From NCBI GenBank assembly GCA_003427395.1, contig BFEA01000012.1:3523312-3587311 (forward strand): a DNA stretch of 64,000 nucleotides, given 5' to 3'. The stretch's first letter is position 1. Every line of letters begins with the position of its first letter. Below the pieces are notes generated by a model, which saw nothing but the letters and a program-made list of their open reading frames with translations, ran no database searches and was not told where the DNA came from. This DNA is from Chara braunii (taxonomy: Eukaryota > Plantae > Charophyceae). This document shows positions 27,107 through 38,045 of the stretch, piece after piece. A program made the position numbers and the translations under genes.

Positions 27107-30100
27107 CCTCCCCCCCCAAAAAACTCACACTTAAACACAACTCAGGCCTTGGCACAGCCAGGTGGTACTATGTGGGCTATGTAGGTGATACAATGCAGGT
27201 GGGGCAGTACCATGTGAAGCAGGGGGTGCCATGTGGGGCGGGTCACACTATGTGGAGTTGATGGTACCAACACACACTCAACCACAAAACCAAAGCAAAA
27301 CAATACACAACACATCAGATTACACTGCAATCTGAACTCATGACCTCTTACTCACAGTCAGGTATGTACTTCTCCTCCACACAGCAGGTACTTGAGCACC
27401 TTCCTTTGTTTTTTTTTTTTGGACATCATCGCACTTCAAACTTATGACCATTTTACTAACAGTTAGGTATGTACTGCCCATCCACACAGTTCACATGTGT
27501 ATTTATTCGTTCTATTCAAATACAGACTTAGGCATACGCAGAAACGACAGACAGCGGATGGCATGAAATAACATCCTGAACCCATCTGGCACACGCACCC
27601 ACTCCACCCCGGGAAACACAAAAGAAAAAACGAAGAAAGCGTGTCTGCATCGTACACTACGAAAACAACAACAACAACAAAAAGGCCACACGTCACACCA
27701 TCATAAAAAAAAACGACAAAAAACAAAAAAAAAGCCCACATCTGAATCTGTGGTCCACATCTTACAGACCTACACGACAAAACGACAAACACAGCCCCGG
27801 GGAAAAGAAAAAAAGAAAAAAAGAAAAAAAACACATATGGCACTGTCAAACAACGAACACAGTGGACAGCGCGCAAAACCGACATCCGGAACTCATCTTT
27901 CACACACGTCCATGCCCCCCAACCCCCCAAAAGGAAAAAGAACGCATCTAACACCGAAACGGTGGTGCTCTTGCCCCATCACCTGCGTTTGCCTTTTGTA
28001 GATGGAGAACAACTCATAGTTAATTTGACCTTTGCTTGTGAATCCTTCTATTGTTTGGTGCTGCCAGCACCATTTTGAAATGTTTCGATTATCTCAAACA
28101 GGCTGCTGAATCTATGACGTTAATTCCCTATTCTCTACTTGTCGCCTGGATGGGAATGGATCTAGCCGCCATGTTTTCCAAACGCTGCCCTGAACGATAT
28201 GCCGCACAACCCTGAGCCTCAACACCAGGGGCCCAAATTGCACTGTGTACAAGGGCATTTCAGCTCCATATCAGTCTTGTTATGTTCGACAATATTCTTT
28301 CTGTGTAGTGGTATGATCCCTAACTCCAAGGAAAGGGTCTCACGTGGCAGTATCTGGCGAAGCCCCAGGAACTCTTCAGCCAAGGCCAATTGCCTTCACC
28401 TGACAGTTGAAGTGAAAAGTGTTGTGTGACCATGTGGGGCATTCATCAAATACATGCCCCGTGCAGCCGGCGACACAGGAGAGAGAGACAGAAATGGAGA
28501 CAGATAGACTGATGTGTGTACAGACAAACAGACGTACAGACAGCGGACAGAGAGAGGAGAGGGCTTGCCTCGTACAAGTGGTTCCCCTCCCATTCCATAT
28601 CTCCTTCCCTTTCTTGCAACACCTCCTCTCCACCACAGGGGGACTCGAGGCAGGAAACTACTTGTACAGTTTAAGACGTGCCAATATAGGACGTTGTTCA
28701 AGAAAGAACTAACCAGAGGAGTGCAATGGAGTGAAGTGTAGTACTAGCGTCGTGGCTCTCCAAGTAACTATGTCACACGCATGACACAGATTTCGACAAC
28801 CTTAGAGAAGGCGTTTTGGCCCAGCTGGGACCACAAGGGAAGCGGGGAGAAAGTCGGAGAGGGGAGATGGAAACCACCAGCACACCACAGACCACAAGCC
28901 GCAGACATAAGTTTGGAATATTGTAATCATCCTGCAAACCAGAAAGACGGTTTTGGAACTAGAAAGAGACTCACCAGCAAAGGTGTGACAAAGTCCTGAA
29001 ACCTGTAGGTAGACTCCAGAGGCCTAACTCTTTCCATGTACAAGTGTTTTAGGCCATCGACTATTGATGTCACATGCATAGGTGGTGGTGGGTCCTGCAA
29101 GGATCGAGACAACAGTGTTCAATTTGTCAGGCTGAACAAACCATGAAAAAAAAAAAGCACGAACAAAGGAGCTGCAGTATTACGGCCCAGGCTCCATTGG
29201 TGCTATGTTCGGGATAAGAAAGCACAAACCCAACCATTCTGTCCCAACTGAATTCATGCTTTCAAGAGCTTGGACGTAGCACCAGTGGCGCATGGACCCA
29301 AGGCAGAGAAGCAGGAGTATAAATTGTGAGCTCCTTACACAGTCCTGGTGATTAGGCATTGAGCATTTTGTTTTTTCATATTTTCTTCGCGCATTTGACA
29401 AAGAACTGGAAGCAACATCAGAAATTGGGGAGCTTGCAAGCTTTTTTAAACAGTCCTGCTCATTAGCCAATCGTGCCATTTTCAACTTCTTCAAAAACAT
29501 ATACCATACCCTGAATCAGCTGCTACGCATGGTAGTTAAATAACATTGATATCGCACAAGAATAGCCGCTGGACAAATTCTTCACAATGACGCATTTTCA
29601 AAGTTTAGTTTCTATTCCCTGGATGACAGCACCGGAATCAGTATACACCACAGTTGCAGCACATCCAGTGCGCGCCCGCCACTACCATGGGGGATGTGCT
29701 GCACCCCTAAAATCAGCAGTCCATTAAAACAAATATATATATCTACCTAATACTTAAGGGGAAAAGCGGTCCTCGGAAGATGCTCCCAGCAGGCCCACGG
29801 AAAAGAAGTTCCGCGGGGTCTTTTCTCGGGACAACCAGTGAAAAATCTCACAATAGACGCAAGTTCGAGTCAGGGACGGGCCGGGTCGCTTTTGGAATTG
29901 GGAAGGGCCCGCTGTTTAACATTTTGGCCTGCCACTTGGGCAGGCGGGCCCGTGCGTTCGGATTTTTTTTTGGGGGGGGCGTGGTACAGTTGGTGTTGGC
30001 GCGGCTTTATAAACGGGGTCTTTTTTCACTGCGGGGATGTTTTGCGCCGCGCCGTCGATTGCAGAAAGTGTTGTACTGCAGGTGTCGGGCAGATTCGACC

Positions 30101-31160
30101 AGGCAGTGTATGTTTCCATGGTCTAGCGGAAGATCCATTCAATTTTGCTCATCCAATCGATGGAAGACGCGTGAGGCCAGCCGCGGGGTTGAAGACTTAC
30201 CTGTTCTCTCTCTCTCTCTCTCTCTCTCNNNNNNNNNNNNNNNNNNNNNNNNNNNNNNNNNNNNNNNNNNNNNNNNNNNNNNNNNNNNNNNNNNNNNNNN
30301 NNNNNNNNNNNNNNNNNNNNNNNNNNNNNNNNNNNNNNNNNNNNNNNNNNNNNNNNNNNNNNNNNNNNNNNNNNNNNNNNNNNNNNNNNNNNNNNNNNNN
30401 NNNNNNNNNNNNNNNNNNNNNNNNNNNNNNNNNNNNNNNNNNNNNNNNNNNNNNNNNNNNNNNNNNNNNNNNNNNNNNNNNNNNNNNNNNNNNNNNNNNN
30501 NNNNNNNNNNNNNNNNNNNNNNNNNNNNNNNNNNNNNNNNNNNNNNNNNNNNNNNNNNNNNNNNNNNNNNNNNNNNNNNNNNNNNNNNNNNNNNNNNNNN
30601 NNNNNNNNNNNNNNNNNNNNNNNNNNNNNNNNNNNNNNNNNNNNNNNNNNNNNNNNNNNNNNNNNNNNNNNNNNNNNNNNNNNNNNNNNNNNNNNNNNNN
30701 NNNNNNNNNNNNNNNNNNNNNNNNNNNNNNNNNNNNNNNNNNNNNNNNNNNNNNNNNNNNNNNNNNNNNNGTCATGAAGTGAGGAGGGTATCATTCCCAC
30801 TTCATCTTGAGTAGAAGCCGCTACTACTTCCACTGGCCCTACGCGTTTCCCGAGCTAGAAGCCTGAGAATAAGTTGCCCCCACTTTTGGGGCAACCTTTT
30901 GTGCAACCTTAGCGTTCTAGCACTTCCACTGCGTGTGTCCGTACTCTCCGTAGTTGATACAAGCGCAACGCATTCGGCGGTCACGCCACACGTCTTGATC
31001 AAGACCTGCTTTTACCCAGTCAGCCTGCTTGGTCTGAATGGAGGCAGCCTTCCCTTGACCCCTAGGCTGGCCCTTCCCTTGGTCTGCCGCCTTAGTCTTA
31101 ACTACCGCGGCGAGGGTGCTACCTCTGTCTCTTATACACATCTAGATGTGTATAAGAGAC

Positions 31161-31211
<51 letters not shown>

Positions 31212-31481
31212 TGTGTATGTGTGTGTGTGTGTGTATGTGTGTGTGTGCGTGACAGCTCCTTAGTCCATACTCACACCAGGATTTCTTTTCAATGTATCTG
31301 TCCGCAGTTACGGGCATACTGACTTCTGGGACCTTTTGGGACATACTCACACTGGGACTTTGGGCAACTTAGGGCACACTCACACTCTGACTATCCTTAC
31401 GATATACTGACACTGAGACCCTCTGGGACATACTCACACTGCGCTCCGCCTGCCGCGGCATCGCCGCGGCGTGCCTCTGAC

Positions 31482-31569
<88 letters not shown>

Positions 31570-34500
31570 GATTTATTATTATAAATTACAGGGGCCGGAA
31601 GTAGGCCCGTCCCCCGTCCCGCTCCCGCACGTAACATAAGAAAACAGCAGCAATTTGGCACACTCGGAGGCCCCAAAAAACTTCTGGGGAGATATATGCC
31701 ATTCTTGTTATTCTGAAAGCACTCACACTAGGACCTCAAAATTGCAGAGTCGCAAGATGAACGGCCAGATCGAGTCCTTTTATAAGGACTAGATCTGGCT
31801 GCTGACTTTGTTATTCTGTGAACTTCAGGGCCTAGTGTGAGTACACCCTGATCATAATACTACGTTGTGAGTCCTTCCGATCCTTCGGACTGGTGTGACG
31901 GCGACTTGCATCCTTGTCGTTGGATGTATACAAATGACGATTCAGGTCAGATAGTCATGCTAAGGGTTCTTGCTGCTCTTGAAAACTGTGCTTCCTATGA
32001 GCTTCGATAAGAGCTCCCTGCATACTCGTATGTATACAAGTGACAATTCTCATCAGGTACGGAAATGTTGAGGGTGTGTGCTGCTCAAGAAAACCGTGTT
32101 TCCTGTGAACCACGATGCGGGCTGTATGTTTAAGCACTCACTGTGTCCTCCAATGTATACAAGCAATGATTCAGGTCCGGCACAGTCATGCAGAGGGTTC
32201 GTGCTGCTCTTGAAAACTGTGCTTCCCGTGAGCTTTGATAACGGCTCCTTGTGTACTTGAATCTACACAAGTGACGGTTCTTGTCAGATACAGAAATGAT
32301 GAGGGTTCGTACTGCTCAAGAAAACTGTGCTTCCAGTGAAATACACTGAGGGCTCTATGTTTGTGTAATATATATAAATTAAACAACAAGAAAAGAGAGA
32401 GGACTCATTGTGTCCTCGAAAATAGACAAATGAGGATTCAGGTTCGTCACAAATGAGTACGTATTCATAAGAAAAAGCACCCATATTGTTGTTGTACCTG
32501 ACTATCTGGGTTTGCAAGTTATTGACATGTCCAAGCCCTAAGTGGACATCACTCAAGCTGTTCACATACCCACGTACTGTTTGGCCACGACTCTCTCAGT
32601 TGCCCTCACATGTATGTTCAAGTGTGTTGTCATGTTCACTACACAGGTCACGACGGCATAAGCGCTGGTCGTTGCAGGGTTCGGCCTACCGGCTGCAGGG
32701 GCAGTACGCCCAAAACGTTTTGGCTCAGTCCTCCGGGCTCCGGAAAATGAGCCCCTTTGGTATCTCTGCTTCAAGGAGACTGGTAATGTACAATGGCAAC
32801 TTTCACCCGTCTAATTTTGAGATATACACTGATTGGATTCCCATAGAATAAGGAATTGCATCTGTAAAACAGGAAAACTCAAGAGAGTCGCGATGATTTT
32901 GAATAATCTCTGAGCAGTGCATTTGGAATTCTAAAATTTTACCTTGAACTTCTTCTGTGTGAAGGACATTAGCTTGGAGAAACTCGGCATTGATGGAGGT
33001 GGAGGAGGAGGAGATGCAGGAAAACCTGCCACAGAACGATTACAACACACAAACAATTAAAAATCATATGATCATAAGCAAAATCCCGCTTTCCTGCTGG
33101 CTGTATATACGAACGGTTGCAGAGAAATGCCCACTGAACAGTATATATATCGTCTATAAGAACTGTGTGGTAAACCGTACGCAGAGAGGGAGAAGAGGAC
33201 AACAAACAACAGGCTGGCCTAGCTCTGTTTGATGATATATATCGTCACAAACAGAACTGCCCGGTAAACCGTAGGCAGAGAGAGAGAAGAGGACAACAAA
33301 CGAGGGGCTGTGACAAACTGTTTCATCGGAGTTTCACCGACTCATCAGGAGGCTGAACCCTCAACAGTCTGCAGAATCCCCTCACTGATTACACTGTAAA
33401 TGATAATCNNNNNNNNNNNNNNNNNNNNNNNNNNNNNNNNNNNNNNNNNNNNNNNNNNNNNNNNNNNNNNNNNNNNNNNNNNNNNNNNNNNNNNNNNNNN
33501 NNNNNNNNNNNNNNNNNNNNNNNNNNNNNNNNNNNNNNNNNNNNNNNNNNNNNNNNNNNNNNNNNNNNNNNNNNNNNNNNNNNNNNNNNNNNNNNNNNNN
33601 NNNNNNNNNNNNNNNNNNNNNNNNNNNNNNNNNNNNNNNNNNNNNNNNNNNNNNNNNNNNNNNNNNNNNNNNNNNNNNNNNNNNNNNNNNNNNNNNNNNN
33701 NNNNNNNNNNNNNNNNNNNNNNNNNNNNNNNNNNNNNNNNNNNNNNNNNNNNNNNNNNNNNNNNNNNNNNNNNNNNNNNNNNNNNNNNNNNNNNNNNNNN
33801 NNNNNNNNNNNNNNNNNNNNNNNNNNNNNNNNNNNNNNNNNNNNNNNNNNNNNNNNNNNNNNNNNNNNNNNNNNNNNNNNNNNNNNNNNNNNNNNNNNNN
33901 NNNNNNNNNNNNNNNNNNNNNNNNNNNNNNNNNNNNNNNNNNNNNNNNNNNNNNNNNNNNNNNNNNNNNNNNNNNNNNNNNNNNNNNNNNNNNNNNNNNN
34001 NNNNNNNNNNNNNNNNNNNNNNNNNNNNNNNNNNNNNNNNNNNNNNNNNNNNNNNNNNNNNNNNNNNNNNNNNNNNNNNNNNNNNNNNNNNNNNNNNNNN
34101 NNNNNNNNNNNNNNNNNNNNNNNNNNNNNNNNNNNNNNNNNNNNNNNNNNNNNNNNNNNNNNNNNNNNNNNNNNNNNNNNNNNNNNNNNNNNNNNNNNNN
34201 NNNNNNNNNNNNNNNNNNCCTGACAAATAGCATGTCTATTGCAGGCCAGAATAAAGGAAGAACGCCCCCCACAAAAGAGCATGCATTCAGCATAGCGTCC
34301 GTGGCCACAAAATGGACATATAGTGTCCGGATGAGGATATATATCATCAAACAGAGCTGCCCGGTAAACCGTAGGCAGAGAGGGAGAACAGGACAACAAA
34401 CGAGGGGCTGTGACAAACTGTTTCGTCAGAGTTTCACCGACTCATCAGGAGGCTAAACTAAAAGAGCGCACTTTGCAAAACAAACTGTTAAAAAAAAAAA

Positions 34501-37500
34501 AAAAAGACAAGACCAACACGAGGGGCACACTGAAACCATTCATTTTTCTCATTCTTCTTCAACTCCCCCTTCACCGTGCCTCTCACATACAAGGCTCAGC
34601 ACGTTGATGAAGTTAGAGTGCGTGCTGCCCGCATCCCCGTGTGCCAAAGCGGCCCACTTGTACGCTGTGAGAAAGAGGCAGAGTAAAGGGTGAGTGGATA
34701 AGCACAGGGAAGAAATGGAAAGAAGACAAACAAAGAATAACAAAGGGAAAGTGCAGAGTGTGGAATGAAGATGAAGGCACAGGAGAGGATAAGAAATGGT
34801 TCAAGAATGAGTTTGTCCTTGACGACAGAGAGGACATATGTTGTAAGGATTAGGGAGATGAACACATGGAAGACCTAGCTGAGCATTCTCAGTACAACAA
34901 TTGCCCTGATGGCTGGCATTGAGCATGCCCACCATACACCCCCAACAAATGGCATGTTGATATATATATGTATATATATCATCAAACACATATATGTATG
35001 TATTACATATCTATATCATTAAACAGAACTGCCCGGTAAACGGTAAGCAGAGAGGGAGAAGAGGACAAGAAACGAGGGGCTGTGACAAACTGTTTCGTCA
35101 CCGACTCATCAGGAGGCTGAACTCATTCAGGGGATTTTGCAGACTGTTGAGGGTTCAGCCTCCTGACGAGTCGGTGAGACTCCGATGAAACAGTTTGTCA
35201 CAGCCCCTCGTTTGTTGTCCTCTTCTCCCTCTCTGCCTACGGTTTACCGGGCAGTTCTATTTGACGGGCGAAGTGACAATAATCGCGTAAAAGGTTTTAA
35301 GTAAAAAACAGGGAAATAGTAGAGAAGATAGGCTATATGAGTTGGTGAAACTCCGACGAAACAGTTTGTCACAGCCCCTCGTTTGTTGTCCTCTTCTCCC
35401 TCTCTGCCTACGGTTTACCGGGCAGTTTTATTTGACAATATATATCGTCAAATAGAACTGCCCGCTAAACCGTAGGCAGAAAGGGAGAAGAGGACAACAA
35501 ACGAGGGACTGTGACAAACTGTTTCGTCGGAGTCCCACCGACTCGTCAGCAGGTATATATCAATCTCTTTTATGTCGAAGATCATTCCTCTGGGCCCGTG
35601 CTGCAGCAAGACAATGTACCAACACTCTGCGACCTTCTCCTTTGCACAACCACAAAAACTGTTACACTCGGCTGTAGCCGCCATCGTCTCGGTCACAATT
35701 ACTACAATGACATGGTTTCTGCATCCATGTGTGCAGAGGACTGTCCCCGCGTTCCTGACTGCAGGCACCCTCCGCATCCGGACACTATATGTCCATTTTT
35801 TGCGAAAATGAGCGCTATACTGAATGCGTGGTCTTTTGTGGTAACCGTTCTTCCTTCATTTTGGCCTGCAATCAACATGCCATTTGTCGGGGGTGTATGG
35901 TGGGCATACTCAATGCCAGCCGTCGTGGCAATTGTTGCACTGAGAATGCTCAGCTAGGTCTTCCACGTGTTCATCCACGTCATCCTTACAATGTATGTAC
36001 TCTCTGTCATCAAGGACAGACTCATTCTTGAGCCTTTTCTTATCCTCTTTTGCCTTCATCTTCACTCCACACTCCGTACTTTCCCTTACTTTCCCTTTAT
36101 CGTTATTTGTTATCCTCTTTTGCCTTCATCTTCACTCCACACTCCATACTTTCCCTTACTTTCCCTTCTTCGTTATTTGTTTGTCTGCTCTCCATCTCTC
36201 GAACCTGTGTTTATCCCCTCCCCCTTTCACTCTGCCTCTTTCTCACAGCGTACAAGTGGGCCGTTATGGTACACGGGGATGGGGGCAGCTCGCGCTCAAC
36301 TTCATCAACATGGCGAGCCTTGTACGTGAGAGGCTCGGTGAAGGGGGAGTTAGAAGAAGAATGAGAAAAATGCATGGTTTCAGTGTGCCCTTCATGTTTG
36401 TCTTGTTTTTTATTTTTATTTTTTGCCATTTGTTTCGCAAAGTGCACCCCTTTAGTTCCTAGTTATGTGACAATATATATATACAGGGTTACTGGGCCGA
36501 ACGTTCGTGGGCCCCCGGGCCGAGCCCCGAACGTTCGGGCGTTCAGGTCCCGCTCGGGGTCCGAACCGGAAGGGATTCGGCCCCCGCCAAAAATTATTTC
36601 GGGGCCTAAATTTTTTTTTTTTTTTTTCGTTTTTTTTCCTGAGTTCTTTATGATGTGAGGTACATGCCTAAAAAAATTGAAGGCATTTTGCTAAGCCAAA
36701 AAAATTAAAAATTGTCAAAGCTGGTAGTGTCAAAAGACTAAAACGTTCTCGCCCACTCACCATTTTGTTTTTTTTCTCTTTTCACTTTTTGTTTCCACTT
36801 TATTTCGGGGCCTAAAAAAAAATATTATTTTTTGAAATGTTTTTTAGTTGTATCATGATACTATCATCTATAAATTTTCAGGGCATTTGGCTAACCCTAA
36901 AAAAAAAAAAAACTCCAAAGATGGCGGTGTCAAAAATGTGCTCGCCCACTCACTAATTTTAATTCTCTTTTCATTTTATCTTATTTTTATTATTATTATT
37001 TGTTTTCCGTATTTTATTTTTATTTCATATTTGGTACGGAATTTGGATGTAACGCTGAGGCAAATGTTGTTCAGCTTATTTTTCCACATAACATTTTTTT
37101 TTTCAGATTTTATCATTTTTTGGATTTTTTGGATTTTTTTTTTTTTTTTTTTGGGTCCGCATTCAGCCTGAACGGCCGAACGCGTCTACAGGGGGGCCCG
37201 AAAGTTCAGGCGTTCGGGTTCGGCCGTTCGTCCCCGGCCGAACGCCAGCTATCATGTATATATATTCTCTCTCTGCCTACGGTTTACCGGGCAGTTCTAT
37301 TTGTGACGATATATATGTGTATTGTCGAACAGAGCTGCCCGGTAAACCGTAGGCAGAGAGAGAGAAGAGGACAACAACAATCAGTGGCATATCAACAAAT
37401 GTCATTATTAACGAGGGGCTGTGACAAACTGTTTCGTCGGAGTTTCACCGACCTATGTATATCATCAAACAGAGCTTCCCGGTAGACCGCAGGCAAAGAC

Positions 37501-37939
37501 GGAGAAGAGGACAACAAACGAGGGGCATATCGTCACATATTTATAAACTAAAAGAGCGCGCTTTGCGAAACAAACAATGAAAATACCCAAGAAAACATGA
37601 AGGGCACACTGAAACCATTCAATTTTATCATTCTTCTTTTCACTCCTTTACTGTGCCTCTCACGTACAAGGCTTGCCACATATATATACGTATATACATA
37701 GTTAAACATATGTATACATATTACGAATTTCCGGAATCACAAGTACTTCCATCCATCATCTCACTTACACACTTGATTGCAACTCCAGAGAATATCGGAA
37801 TTGAACAATCACACCCAAAATGGTTGATGAAACCAGAAAAAGCTGATGTAGCATTGAGTGGCCTGCCTCCCTGAGCAGCATACAACAATCGGCTCAAGAA
37901 ACTTTCCAATGAACAGTAAGTACTCACTGGCCATAGCTG

Positions 37940-38000
<61 letters not shown>

Positions 38001-38001
38001 N

Positions 38002-38045
<44 letters not shown>

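Larger units (their letters stand above)
33148..37680. mobile_element. Cluster of fragments of a hammerhead/GIY-YIG (Penelope-like) element at (TA)n sites
   Basis: About 10 copies of a 50-170 bp terminal unit in both orientations, plus 4 fragments of a second segment (34219-34340, 34455-34960, 35555-36476, 37527-37680). Confidence 0.7.

Noticed and set aside
30771-31124. Second Gypsy insertion
   Set aside because: Near-exact copy of 21899-22252 between a gap and an adapter; artefact
31125-31162. Tn5 mosaic ends suggesting a bacterial transposon or horizontal transfer
   Set aside because: Exact Nextera mate-pair junction adapter
34414-34455. Additional complete hammerheads (also about 35086, 35337, 35515, 37425)
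   Set aside because: Truncated or deleted; they lack the cleavage site or a stem I strand in cis, so they are counted only as fragments
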